Below the pieces are notes generated by a model. It ran no database searches. It saw only the letters and a list, made by a program, of their open reading frames with translations, and was not told the DNA's origin. The position numbers were made by a program, and so were the translations under genes. Shown here in pieces: positions 22,019-31,112 of a DNA stretch of 64,000 nt. This DNA is from an uncultured virus (IMG/VR IMGVR_UViG_3300042898_003498) (lineage: Duplodnaviria > Heunggongvirae > Uroviricota > Caudoviricetes), in the IMG/VR virus record IMGVR_UViG_3300042898_003498, one strand, 5' to 3'. Numbering within the stretch: position 1 is the stretch's first letter; every line of letters starts with the position of its first letter.

Positions 22019-22594
22019 TTAACATCCTAAGTTAATAGGTTTATTAATTTCAGTATAGGCCCATATTCTTTCTCGACAGTTAAAACATTCTCCGCATGGA
22101 ATATTGAGATTTAAACCACAAGAATGAGTAAATGGTAAAATATCTGATATACCTAAATTAAAGAATTCTTGTATGATTATATCTTTTTCTATATGTGCAA
22201 ACGGAAATTTTATTTTTTTACCTTCAATGATCTTGACCAAATGCTTAGGTCTTATACTACTGTCATTGGGATACTTATTAAATCCGCAGACAACAATTTT
22301 ATGTCTTAATCCTATGATTTTAGAAGCTACTGATATTTCTTGATGTTGAACTACAGAGGGCATGAGTAATTTATTCAGTGGAACTGATAGGTTAGTTTTA
22401 TTAAAAACCATATTAACTACTGTATGTGCTTTGTCGATTGGTCTGTTATATCGATCTAATATGTACAAGGTAAGACGTTTATTCGGATAGCGTCTTAAGA
22501 TTTCTGTAGAGATTAAATAAAGTAATAATGTACTTTCAACACCGCCTGAGAATAACAATGCAATATCATCTGGATAATTTTCTAAATCTATCAT
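22019..22594 (-). CDS. QueC-like PP-loop ATPase
   Basis: FSGGVES; HSC...CGECFNCRER. Confidence 0.65.
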   Translation of the reverse strand: MIDLENYPDDIALLFSGGVESTLLLYLISTEILRRYPNKRLTLYILDRYNRPIDKAHTVVNMVFNKTNLSVPLNKLLMPSVVQHQEISVASKIIGLRHKIVVCGFNKYPNDSSIRPKHLVKIIEGKKIKFPFAHIEKDIIIQEFFNLGISDILPFTHSCGLNLNIPCGECFNCRERIWAYTEINKPINLGC

Positions 22595-23438
22595 GCAAGC
22601 ATTAATAATAAGTTACTTAGGGGGTATGTTCGGAGAGTTTACTGCTTCAATAATAGAAGAAGGCAGTGATAAATTTATTTCTAGTAAGTCAGTTGAAACT
22701 ACAAAAGAAAATAGATTCCTATATCCAAATTATTTAGCGCCTATCAATTTTGACTGTAAAACATTTCCAAGACACCGAGAATGGTCCATCAATGATCAAC
22801 AGATTAATCAATTACAAACTTGCTATGGAGATAAATGGATATGCTTACCTACACACTGGTATTCTAATCAAATTCAACAAAGTAATCTGCCATGCCAGGG
22901 AATTGCAATGTTCTCTTCTAACTTATCGATAATAAAATTAGCATATTCTTTATTTTGGATTAAGTCACATGTCTTTGCAAATAGTCCATGGCCTTCTAGA
23001 AAAGAAGAATTGCAACTAATGATAGACACGGGTCACAAATATGCAAGAGAGTTATCAGAGCTAAACTCGGAAGGTAATTATCAAAATTGGAAATTTTTAG
23101 CGTACAGACATAATCTGTTGAACAATGGCAAACTAGATTTACATCACTATATAAATCAACATTTTAATTTTTATAAAAAGAATAATTTTTTAGTGTGTGC
23201 AGCATCTTCTGATTGGTTTAAATTTGATATAGGTAATGCAATTCACGGAAATCAAAAAAATTTATCATTGCTTGAAGAACAGTTAGGTATAACACTTAAC
23301 AAAGAACGGATAGCCGAATACTCCGCTAAAAATTTAGAAATTATCAAAGACAAATTAGGATTTGCAATAACTGATTTATCGTCTCCTAAATGGCTAGATG
23401 CATTATATGATCATTGCAGATCAGCAATGCAGGATTAA
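22593..23438 (+). CDS. hypothetical protein
   Basis: 281 aa ORF. Confidence 0.7.
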   Translation: MQALIISYLGGMFGEFTASIIEEGSDKFISSKSVETTKENRFLYPNYLAPINFDCKTFPRHREWSINDQQINQLQTCYGDKWICLPTHWYSNQIQQSNLPCQGIAMFSSNLSIIKLAYSLFWIKSHVFANSPWPSRKEELQLMIDTGHKYARELSELNSEGNYQNWKFLAYRHNLLNNGKLDLHHYINQHFNFYKKNNFLVCAASSDWFKFDIGNAIHGNQKNLSLLEEQLGITLNKERIAEYSAKNLEIIKDKLGFAITDLSSPKWLDALYDHCRSAMQD

Positions 23439-23941
23439 ATTTTTTTTATGTTAATTCCACTTTTTTCAAGAAACTCTACTCCCGCCACGTCCCTATAACT
23501 ATTGCGATAGTATACGCTAGATATGCCACTTTGGTATATAAGTTTGGCACAATCCAAACAAGGAGCGTGAGTAATAAAAATATCAGCATCACGGCCGCTT
23601 TGGCTCGAGCGGGCCAGCTTCGCAATCGCATTGGATTCAGCATGTAATACCTCTGGTTTAGTTTTTAAACCGTAACGCACGTTACGTTGAGCACCTTCGT
23701 GCCATCCTTCGTAAGGATACTTAGCATCAAACTCGTCTGGATCTAGCCATCCGCCTGCACCCTTGTCCCATACTTTGTCTTCGCAATCATTGTCCCAACC
23801 TGCAGGCATACCGTTGTATCCATAACTGATTACAGAATCATCTTTAACAATAACAGCACCTACTTGTAATCTTTTAGCGTGGCTGAGATCGGCTGCTCGA
23901 GTAGCCCAGTCCATATACAAGTCTATGTATTTTTGTTTCAT
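23435..23941 (-). CDS. dCMP deaminase family
   Basis: VGAVIV, GYNG, HAE, PCLDC. Confidence 0.9.
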   Translation of the reverse strand: MKQKYIDLYMDWATRAADLSHAKRLQVGAVIVKDDSVISYGYNGMPAGWDNDCEDKVWDKGAGGWLDPDEFDAKYPYEGWHEGAQRNVRYGLKTKPEVLHAESNAIAKLARSSQSGRDADIFITHAPCLDCAKLIYQSGISSVYYRNSYRDVAGVEFLEKSGINIKKI

Positions 23942-23979
23942 TTTCTTCTCAGTATTGTCTAACATTTAATTATAAATTC

Positions 23980-24168
23980 TTAATCTATAACTTTGTGTTG
24001 AAGTCGATCAATTTCGTCAGCGGCTTCTTCTAACAGATCTGCAATGCGGTCCGGAGTGCCTTCCTGTACTGATTTACGGTCTTTGATCTGCCTGCGAATC
24101 TCTGCTCGCTTACGCAAACGGAATACTAGACTTTGCTCGATTACTGGTAAATGGCTTTCATCTTTCAT
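23980..24168 (-). CDS. hypothetical phage protein
   Basis: 62 aa, LLEEAADEIDRL. Confidence 0.65.
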   Translation of the reverse strand: MKDESHLPVIEQSLVFRLRKRAEIRRQIKDRKSVQEGTPDRIADLLEEAADEIDRLQHKVID

Positions 24169-24274
24169 TTTTCTACCACCCTATATCCAGAGTAAGGATA
24201 GCGTTCTTGTAACCATTCCAACATGCCCGGTTCATTGGGCAGTCGGATTGAATCATATTTGTTTGTTATATACA

Positions 24275-24481
24275 TTAGTCTTCACCTTTAATCACATCAA
24301 ACAATGTAGCATACTCAACTCGACTCCACTTGTCGATGTCAATATAAGAGACGACGGTACGACGATAAACAGTTCTGAGCCACACGCGGCGGCCGCGAAT
24401 TTTCACAGGATACCATGCAAACCACTTTTCCCAAGGAAGTCGAATAACCTTCCTATAGACTGTGCCGGGGTAATCCAGCAT
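24275..24481 (-). CDS. hypothetical phage protein
   Basis: WFAWYPV motif; start at MLDYP. Confidence 0.55.
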   Translation of the reverse strand: MLDYPGTVYRKVIRLPWEKWFAWYPVKIRGRRVWLRTVYRRTVVSYIDIDKWSRVEYATLFDVIKGED

Positions 24482-24485
24482 GTCT

Positions 24486-25394
24486 TTAGGCCGCCTCCAT
24501 ATAGTTACGTACCCATGCCAGGCGAGCTTGCTCGTCCATAGCTGTGTATTCAACGATGTTAGCACGAATAGCATCTACTAGCGGGTAGTATTCTTCGTCC
24601 AAGTTTTGCTTGATATCCTTGTTCAAATCCACTAACTTGTCTGTACGTGGATTGCGAGCAACCCACTTTGAAGTCAAGTAGTAAGGACTCTTGATCTTGG
24701 CACCCACACCGATCTCATCGTAAAATACGAACCCTTCATGTTTCACAGTCTTGACCATGCTCTTTAGAGCAGACACTGTTAGGTGATAACATTCTGGAAC
24801 AAAGCAATGGAACATTTCGCTCAACTGCTCTAACACAGCAGGATCGTGTCCTACCTTGCTACCCCAAGTCTTTTCACGATAGCCTAGGATATACATACCG
24901 GGCTTTTCAACCACGATATGAGGATCGTTAGGATGTACGCATTCAAACATAAAGGTCATGTCACGGCAGTCATTGGCCATCAGGGCCATTTGCCAATCTG
25001 CCCAGGGCATGTGCTTCAGCATCATTTCCTTAGCCATATCTACATAGTCGTTGGCTGTTGAGCCAGTAGTAGATACCAAGACATCACCGTTGTACCAAGT
25101 TAGCGATACCATGAAACCATTTACCTTGCGGTAAGCACAGACCATAGTATCCAGTTCGGAAAATACAGGTGCTTCCTTCTCAATACCGTAGTTGTAGATT
25201 TTCGTGAAAGGGTATGACACAATGTTGAAGTTAGCATCCACAATGGTGCCGCGACATTCAGCAATGTATTCGTTCCACAGATTGTCATAAAAGACACGCT
25301 TCTTATACTTGAGCACATAGATGCCTTCCCCGGCTGGCTTCATATTGACCAGACCTGAGGAAGTCACATACTCTTTTAATTCATCTTTAAACAT
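24486..25394 (-). CDS. RNA ligase, T4 Rnl1-like
   Basis: ECRG, KVNG (motif I), TFMFE, EGFV, KIK. Confidence 0.8.
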   Translation of the reverse strand: MFKDELKEYVTSSGLVNMKPAGEGIYVLKYKKRVFYDNLWNEYIAECRGTIVDANFNIVSYPFTKIYNYGIEKEAPVFSELDTMVCAYRKVNGFMVSLTWYNGDVLVSTTGSTANDYVDMAKEMMLKHMPWADWQMALMANDCRDMTFMFECVHPNDPHIVVEKPGMYILGYREKTWGSKVGHDPAVLEQLSEMFHCFVPECYHLTVSALKSMVKTVKHEGFVFYDEIGVGAKIKSPYYLTSKWVARNPRTDKLVDLNKDIKQNLDEEYYPLVDAIRANIVEYTAMDEQARLAWVRNYMEAA

Positions 25395-25395
25395 T

Positions 25396-25599
25396 TTATC
25401 TACCTACTGCAATCATTCGAATTCGTAATGCGTTCAAACTTGACTGGATAGTCATAAGTTCTGCCAACGCCTTAGTGTAGTGACCGTTAGGATGTTTATC
25501 ATGTCCTAATTTACGATCCACACCCAGAGCCATTTTTACACTGGCGATGGCTGTATCAACTGCTTCAATTCGTGCTTCAAGTTTTTCTAAGTCTGTCAT
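25396..25599 (-). CDS. hypothetical protein
   Basis: coupled short ORF. Confidence 0.6.
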   Translation of the reverse strand: MTDLEKLEARIEAVDTAIASVKMALGVDRKLGHDKHPNGHYTKALAELMTIQSSLNALRIRMIAVGR

Positions 25600-25781
25600 G
25601 TTGTTTCCTTTTCAATACACTGTTCCACATCCTCGAGAATACGCTTGAGTTCGTTGATGTTGATTTCGAGGTAATGAATTGATACTTCGGGCGGAATACG
25701 CCGTCCTTTAAGATCGGACAACAGTTCTTCCTTGCCGGCGATTGTGTTCTTCAGATTGTCTGCTACGGTTTGGATGTTCAT
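25596..25781 (-). CDS. hypothetical protein
   Basis: coupled short ORF. Confidence 0.6.
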   Translation of the reverse strand: MNIQTVADNLKNTIAGKEELLSDLKGRRIPPEVSIHYLEININELKRILEDVEQCIEKETT

Positions 25782-26029
25782 CGTTTAACTCCAAATTGTC
25801 GTGAAATTCGATATGCCACATTGCCTACTGCATTTGATTGTTCAAGGAGGCCGGCACTTTCAAACTCGTCTTCTCTGTTTTTAGCAATTTCCAAACATTC
25901 TCTCACAATCAACTCGGCGAACTTTTCTTTACTGAAATGTTCAGTATATTGTGTAGTGTCGAACCCTCTACCACATATCACCTCAAAGGTAGTAGCCTGT
26001 TCAGCAAGTTCTTTAATTCGTTCGTTCAT
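25778..26029 (-). CDS. hypothetical phage protein
   Basis: MNERIKELAEQA...EKFAELIVREC. Confidence 0.7.
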   Translation of the reverse strand: MNERIKELAEQATTFEVICGRGFDTTQYTEHFSKEKFAELIVRECLEIAKNREDEFESAGLLEQSNAVGNVAYRISRQFGVKR

Positions 26030-26235
26030 TTCCGTTTTCCAATCTTGGTTACAACATCAGCCTTGCTCTGTAGCAGTTGGGCACGGAAGCGACGATATAC
26101 TCGCAATGAGGCAATGCTCATAGGATCTTCCTTGCCTTCTAACTCTGCTATCTTAGCATCCAGTTCAGCTTCGTGGGCACGATGACGTTCGACATCTGCC
26201 TTGAGCCCTTTAGTATTGCCCCAAAAGAATTTCAT
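26026..26235 (-). CDS. hypothetical protein
   Basis: start at MKFFWG with GGAG SD. Confidence 0.6.
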   Translation of the reverse strand: MKFFWGNTKGLKADVERHRAHEAELDAKIAELEGKEDPMSIASLRVYRRFRAQLLQSKADVVTKIGKRK

Positions 26236-26236
26236 T

Positions 26237-26452
26237 TTAAACTCCCAGTGTTTCCGGACTATGATCCAGAACATTCCTTGTACCGTCTTGGTACAAGAAC
26301 GCATCGCTATCAGTTATTGTAACACAGAGATCGCTGTGTGCCAAATCATAATCTACAAAGTTGTGGTCCTTATCATACACTCTGAACATATACTTGCCCA
26401 TGCCTGTGTAGATTAAGTGTCCCTGTATACCATCTGCCGATTTTGAGTTCAT
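26237..26452 (-). CDS. hypothetical protein
   Basis: packed ORF. Confidence 0.6.
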   Translation of the reverse strand: MNSKSADGIQGHLIYTGMGKYMFRVYDKDHNFVDYDLAHSDLCVTITDSDAFLYQDGTRNVLDHSPETLGV

Positions 26453-26454
26453 TC

Positions 26455-26757
26455 TTATCCCCACTTTAAAATAAAGAACAGTGCGTCCTTTTCATATTTA
26501 AAACGGAACTCAAAACTACCTTGACACCAGCGAGGATTGTTATATCCATTATTTCGATGTCCAAACAGTTTCGAGCACCATACATGCATTTCGTCTTTAT
26601 CTTCCCACCAGTCACCACCTGAATAATACACAGTGTATTTTCGGGGAGCAAGTTCTTCTCGAACTCGCAGTTCTAAACTACGGGGTCGGCGTTTTCCGTC
26701 CATCCAGCCAAAGGTACTCATAGGATACATGCTCGCTATATCGTTGTCAATAATCAC
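26455..26757 (-). CDS. hypothetical phage protein
   Basis: FKYEKDALFFILKW C-terminus. Confidence 0.65.
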   Translation of the reverse strand: MIIDNDIASMYPMSTFGWMDGKRRPRSLELRVREELAPRKYTVYYSGGDWWEDKDEMHVWCSKLFGHRNNGYNNPRWCQGSFEFRFKYEKDALFFILKWG

Positions 26758-27296
26758 GAGCCTGTACCTACGTAGCTTGCGGCCAAGGCATGCAAGTCTC
26801 GATCACCCTTAGTCATCACAGCCAACAACAATCTCTTTTCTTCCAAGTAGGTCTTAGCGAAAGCAGGATCGTGAGCCATGATGCTACGGCTGTTGGAGAT
26901 CAAATCTGCCAACTTGATGGTCTGTGCTTCGGCGGGCGCTCTTGCAGTATGCTCACGGTCTATGGCCTTGCGGTGGGCACGATTGCCATCATGTGGTTGA
27001 CTAACATCAGTTAACCATCCAACTAAGGTAGCGATATCGATGCCAAAAGCCATATGCACATCAGTGAATGTACAACCAGTATCTTCCACAACGTCATGCA
27101 ACCAAGCAGCCGCAACCATGTCAGGTGTAGCACCCGGAACACCGGCTACGATCTTAGCAACTTCGGCAGGATGAACGATGTAGGGTTCGTTAGTGTACTT
27201 ACGCCTCTGTCCAACTGCGGCGTGAGCAGCCATGGCATAGACTTGTGCCTTGCGGACTACATCAAATCCGCTGAGATCCATTGTAAAATCTTCCAT
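26754..27296 (-). CDS. HD-domain small alarmone hydrolase (Mesh1/SpoT-HD-like)
   Basis: H..QRRK...PYIVHP, LHDVVED, IKLADLISN. Confidence 0.85.
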   Translation of the reverse strand: MEDFTMDLSGFDVVRKAQVYAMAAHAAVGQRRKYTNEPYIVHPAEVAKIVAGVPGATPDMVAAAWLHDVVEDTGCTFTDVHMAFGIDIATLVGWLTDVSQPHDGNRAHRKAIDREHTARAPAEAQTIKLADLISNSRSIMAHDPAFAKTYLEEKRLLLAVMTKGDRDLHALAASYVGTGS

Positions 27297-27322
27297 GCTA
27301 CTCTCCTTGTTAATAAGTGTAT

Positions 27323-27351
27323 ATTATAGCATGGATTTACCATACTGTCAA
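27323..27351 (-). promoter_or_regulatory. sigma70 promoter
   Basis: TTGACA-17-TATAAT perfect. Confidence 0.8.
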
Positions 27352-27578
27352 CCGGAAGTTTTGATTACTTCCAAAACTGTAATTTCTAATACCAAGTGCT
27401 TACGCAACAGCATGAATTTTCTGAATTTGGACTCCACAATTTTTGGATCAAACTCATCATGATAGGGCACAGTAGCAAAGTCTTCATAGGGCTCGTCAAG
27501 TTCGTTTAACGCTATGAAACTGAGCTTGACCATGCCCTGTTCGGGCTCTTTGAACATTTTGACGAGTTTGTTGAGCAT
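27348..27578 (-). CDS. hypothetical protein
   Basis: 76 aa, preceded by AATAAATA-N5-ATG. Confidence 0.6.
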   Translation of the reverse strand: MLNKLVKMFKEPEQGMVKLSFIALNELDEPYEDFATVPYHDEFDPKIVESKFRKFMLLRKHLVLEITVLEVIKTSG

Positions 27579-27589
27579 ACAAATATTTA

Positions 27590-28138
27590 TTAAACGTGGT
27601 GCCCTTTGATTTCGTTGTCTTTGATCATACGAACTGCCCGATCCATAGAGATTACAATTTCACCGGTTGAGTCCATGCCTACGTCTAATGCTCGGTACTT
27701 CTCCAAGCCACTCACGCCACCATGTAAGTGTCCGTGGAAATGCAGGGCCCCGCGGTGCATTTGGTCCCATTCGGCAATTGGATAGTGGAACATGACGCAC
27801 TTATGCCCGTCATATGTAATATCCAAGTACTTGTGTATTTCTTCAAATGCACCACGAAATGTTGCATCCATTAGAGTTTTGCGGTCGTGGTTACCTTCAA
27901 CTAGAATCTTTCTGCCGTTCAACCGATGCATGGTTTTGCCAGCATCGCTTCCACTCATAAAAGCCATGTCACCTAAAATATAGACCAAGTCTTCTGGCTC
28001 AACTTTGGCATTCCATTCTTCTACCATTGCGCTATTCATATAGGCAACATCGTCTCTAAATCGCGCTCGTGTTTGTGGGCAGAACTTCATAATGTTCTTG
28101 TGCCCAAAATGTAAGTCACTGGTTATAAATGTTTTCAT
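27590..28138 (-). CDS. calcineurin-like metallophosphoesterase
   Basis: SDLHFGH, LGD, GNHD, HGHLH. Confidence 0.9.
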   Translation of the reverse strand: MKTFITSDLHFGHKNIMKFCPQTRARFRDDVAYMNSAMVEEWNAKVEPEDLVYILGDMAFMSGSDAGKTMHRLNGRKILVEGNHDRKTLMDATFRGAFEEIHKYLDITYDGHKCVMFHYPIAEWDQMHRGALHFHGHLHGGVSGLEKYRALDVGMDSTGEIVISMDRAVRMIKDNEIKGHHV

Positions 28139-28148
28139 ATTAATCCTT

Positions 28149-28177
28149 ATTATACAGCCAGTGACCTACTTAGTCAA
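28149..28177 (-). promoter_or_regulatory. sigma70 promoter
   Basis: TTGACT-17-TATAAT. Confidence 0.65.
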
Positions 28178-28638
28178 CTGGCAAACCAAACTTGTGTAAA
28201 TCCTTCTTCTGTGTCGGGCATTTCAAAATTGTCAATCATACTACGCATAACATGATCGGGGATATTCTTACCCGGACGACTTGCTAACCGGCGAGCTAAC
28301 TCTTCCGGCTCAGGTGTTTTAAACACTACTGCGATATGTTCATAGTCGGGTAACATATTGAACTTACGAGCACGAGCTTTGACACCTGTACTAGTTTGAT
28401 CCCATATAATGTCCTTACCTGCTTCGCGGGCTCGAACTACTTTGTCAGCCATTAATTTTACGGCCGTGGGCATATAGTCGTCAAATACTTCACTGTAGGT
28501 AGAACATACTTCCTTTGCATAGTCTTCAACGAACTCGTCTGTAGATACAACTACACAATCTACAGCCCAATCTTGATTTTTGATCCATGTGCTTTTGCCC
28601 GATGCAGGCACTCCGACCAATTGATAACATTTTGCCAT
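28174..28638 (-). CDS. P-loop kinase (AAA_33 / polynucleotide-kinase-like)
   Basis: GVPASGKST, STD, DQT, R..RP..VM. Confidence 0.8.
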   Translation of the reverse strand: MAKCYQLVGVPASGKSTWIKNQDWAVDCVVVSTDEFVEDYAKEVCSTYSEVFDDYMPTAVKLMADKVVRAREAGKDIIWDQTSTGVKARARKFNMLPDYEHIAVVFKTPEPEELARRLASRPGKNIPDHVMRSMIDNFEMPDTEEGFTQVWFAS

Positions 28639-29105
28639 TAATCTACGCTCCTAAAAGTTCGCCAATCATCTACGTTAGGCTTTTCATCTTCGTCATAGTA
28701 CCAACCCAATGCCTTCATCATACGATGTTTGACTAACAGATTAGGACTGCGGAAACGTCCGGTGTCATCAAAGCCCATCATGACTCCAACTTCACATACT
28801 GCACCACTACGGCAGATACCCGCAAAACAATGTACAACTACATTCATGCGATTGTCCTTTGCGTGTTGCAGTAGTCGAACCAACTCATTAGCCTGCTCTT
28901 GACTGCATCTCATGGCTTCGTCAAGAACCTGATCATTTTTTTCTACATCTAGAAATTCAAAGTTGTGAATCTCTTTGAACTTGTGTGCAGGTACAGGACG
29001 CCAACTGGCTGGATCAACAATACTGATCAGCATACTATTCTCGCCGGCTTCGTGATGAAACCTCTTGGGTATGTCATCAGCGGCTACGTTTTCGATCCAC
29101 GGCAT
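28638..29105 (-). CDS. Cys-based (PTP/DSP-like) phosphatase
   Basis: VHCFAGICRS CX5R motif. Confidence 0.85.
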   Translation of the reverse strand: MPWIENVAADDIPKRFHHEAGENSMLISIVDPASWRPVPAHKFKEIHNFEFLDVEKNDQVLDEAMRCSQEQANELVRLLQHAKDNRMNVVVHCFAGICRSGAVCEVGVMMGFDDTGRFRSPNLLVKHRMMKALGWYYDEDEKPNVDDWRTFRSVD

Positions 29106-29334
29106 AGAGTTCTCCTTTTCCTTTATTATAATCCCAACCTTGTCCGCCAATGGCTTTCCAAGCGTCCCATTTCTTTGCTTCTTCTTTACAGCTTCGAGGT
29201 TGGCCTACACTGCCTACTACTGCATTACACATCTCACAACGATAGCTGATACCGCTTGACTCGTCAAACTCTGCAACTCCGCCACAGGGCAGATACATTG
29301 TTTGATATTTTACATTGTCTGCATATACAGTCAT
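29077..29334 (-). CDS. hypothetical protein
   Basis: Cys-containing short ORF. Confidence 0.55.
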   Translation of the reverse strand: MTVYADNVKYQTMYLPCGGVAEFDESSGISYRCEMCNAVVGSVGQPRSCKEEAKKWDAWKAIGGQGWDYNKGKGELYAVDRKRSR

Positions 29335-29342
29335 TTTAACCT

Positions 29343-29579
29343 TTACTTTTGTGTAAGCATCCAATTGAGCACATCGCCCATAGGAAGTAGTGCAATATCA
29401 CGGGAATATTTTGTAACTGGACGAGCAGTTGCACCGCCATCCCAAATCATTAGCCTTACTGTGCCGCGTCCAGAATTAGCAGGGTGCTCTTTACCAAGAC
29501 TTTTAACACGGTAGATGTTGCTGTAGAATACAACAAAGTCATCCACTTTGAGCTCACGGCCAATCATATCTTTGATCAT
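29343..29579 (-). CDS. hypothetical phage protein (SH3/KOW-like)
   Basis: DMIGRELKVDDFV, resembles 30201. Confidence 0.6.
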   Translation of the reverse strand: MIKDMIGRELKVDDFVVFYSNIYRVKSLGKEHPANSGRGTVRLMIWDGGATARPVTKYSRDIALLPMGDVLNWMLTQK

Positions 29580-29941
29580 GTTGTCACCAATGCTACTAAT
29601 CCGATGTATGTAAGAGCATGTAAGAATTGGTCTAGGCCCAACAGCCACCAAAACTGTTCATGTGTAGTCGGACCCCATCCTAACTTCTTATTAAGATTCA
29701 TTTTGGCCCAGTCAATATGATAGTGCAAGAATGCATCGATTAAGCTCAAGTAGATTGCAGCCATAGGAGAAAACCAAACAAAGCACAACCATGTACCCAT
29801 TCCGTGAAAGGTGGCGTGTAGCAATCCGCCAGGGTGTCCGTAAGTACCTTTGTTGCTCCATTGGTAACGAACTTGTAAGGGAAAGTCTACAATCAAATGT
29901 TTTGTAAACAATGCTAAGATTAACCAAAGGGTGTCGTTCAT
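29576..29941 (-). CDS. DUF3307-like membrane protein
   Basis: KH...DFPLQ, HYHID, DQFLH. Confidence 0.7.
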   Translation of the reverse strand: MNDTLWLILALFTKHLIVDFPLQVRYQWSNKGTYGHPGGLLHATFHGMGTWLCFVWFSPMAAIYLSLIDAFLHYHIDWAKMNLNKKLGWGPTTHEQFWWLLGLDQFLHALTYIGLVALVTT

Positions 29942-29968
29942 GCCTAACCTTTCTAATTACGATGAATA

Positions 29969-29997
29969 ATTATAGCGTACTTTTACCAATTTGTCAA
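29969..29997 (-). promoter_or_regulatory. sigma70 promoter
   Basis: TTGACA-17-TATAAT perfect. Confidence 0.8.
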
Positions 29998-30013
29998 GCC
30001 AGTAAATAATAGC

Positions 30014-30235
30014 ATGTCTAATCAAAAGACCCGCATTCAGCATAAAGCAGACGATTTGTTTGAGCTCCTGAATTACTATGAATATCCAACTAAGGGCGAG
30101 ACATTGTGCGCCCAGAAAGGATTATTAATAGGCTGGATGGCCAGGTTAGCTTCAACTGACTATATTGTTGCACAGGAACTCGAAGCAAGGCTGAATAGGG
30201 CTAGGCAACAGAATTCTTCTTCAAAAGATACATAG
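30014..30235 (+). CDS. hypothetical protein
   Basis: 73 aa; GTAAATA-N5-ATG. Confidence 0.55.
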   Translation: MSNQKTRIQHKADDLFELLNYYEYPTKGETLCAQKGLLIGWMARLASTDYIVAQELEARLNRARQQNSSSKDT

Positions 30236-30458
30236 TAACTTCTGAGCCTTCTACTTTAACAAGATCGCCCGGATATTTGTTACTGCCACTGTACCATTTA
30301 CTGTTTGCTCTACCTGCTTCATACACTTTAACCATTTTAGGATTAAGCTTCTTCACTGTGCCTAGCTCTAGGCTGTTATGACTAGGATAACACACTGCAT
30401 CCCCCACTGCCAACATTCGTCCTAGCTTGTCTCGATGTTCTGGTTGCTCTTTTGCCAT
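30201..30458 (-). CDS. hypothetical phage protein
   Basis: DKLGRMLAVGDAV. Confidence 0.65.
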   Translation of the reverse strand: MAKEQPEHRDKLGRMLAVGDAVCYPSHNSLELGTVKKLNPKMVKVYEAGRANSKWYSGSNKYPGDLVKVEGSEVTMYLLKKNSVA

Positions 30459-30459
30459 A

Positions 30460-30693
30460 TTAAACTCGTTCTCTCTTCATGCCGCCAATTCGGCTAGCCT
30501 TGTTCCAGTCGTAAGCAACACCGTCTGGGCACTTACCATCCTTCACGCTATCCACGCCAAACACTCCGCAGACTTCGAAATCTGGGCCTTTAATAGTCAC
30601 AAAGGCACCCACAGTTTTGGCAAATGCCATAGCTTCGTCTAGTGTTGGACATACATTAAGTGTAAATCCTATTTTGCTTATTACCTTATACAT
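30460..30693 (-). CDS. hypothetical phage protein
   Basis: start at MYKV just downstream of promoter TTGACT-17-TATAAT (30700-30728). Confidence 0.65.
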   Translation of the reverse strand: MYKVISKIGFTLNVCPTLDEAMAFAKTVGAFVTIKGPDFEVCGVFGVDSVKDGKCPDGVAYDWNKASRIGGMKRERV

Positions 30694-30728
30694 ATATACA
30701 TTATACTTTCTTTTCAACATTTAGTCAA

Positions 30729-30754
30729 GAGAAAGCCCTACCGAAGTAGGGCTT
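30729..30754 (-). terminator. intrinsic terminator closing the tRNA array
   Basis: AAGCCCTAC-TTCG-GTAGGGCTT then TCTCT, right after the last tRNA. Confidence 0.7.
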
Positions 30755-30757
30755 GTT

Positions 30758-30831
30758 TGGAGCGGGTACCGAGAATCGAACTCGGATGTATTGCTTGGCA
30801 AGCAATCAGGTTACCTTTACATCATACCCGC
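30758..30831 (-). tRNA. tRNA-Gly(GCC)
   Basis: cloverleaf, loop TTGCCAA, CCA. Confidence 0.9.
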
Positions 30832-30972
30832 TTATCTTATAAATTTTCTCATCAGCTTTAGCCAGTAGTATTTAACCCCGCGGAACGATGGAGGCCAATC
30901 CATTCCAAAGCTAGGAGTTATTTCTTTTGGGACATTACCGTATGCTTTATCAAGCGTTTCTTTTACTTTCAT
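30832..30972 (-). CDS. small hypothetical protein (46 aa, MKVKETLDKAYG...)
   Basis: translated by hand; AAGG SD. Confidence 0.5.
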   Translation of the reverse strand: MKVKETLDKAYGNVPKEITPSFGMDWPPSFRGVKYYWLKLMRKFIR

Positions 30973-30991
30973 GTCTGAGCCTTTTATTTAA

Positions 30992-31105
30992 CAGGATAGA
31001 ATTTAACATAGTGCTACCGTTACACCAAACCTTTCGGCTACGGAGTCGAACCGTTCCCTTACTTTTTCAGAGTATTGTTGTTTATTGTTTGCTGTGACTA
31101 TCCTA
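30992..31105 (-). ncRNA. AGGAT/ACAGCAA-family RNA E1 with permuted tRNA(Phe GAA)-like domain
   Basis: AGGATAG/CTATCCT stem; TACT-CTGAAAA-AGTA; T-arm; AGCC-GAAA-GGTT; D-arm. Confidence 0.75.
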
Positions 31106-31112
31106 AAACTAG

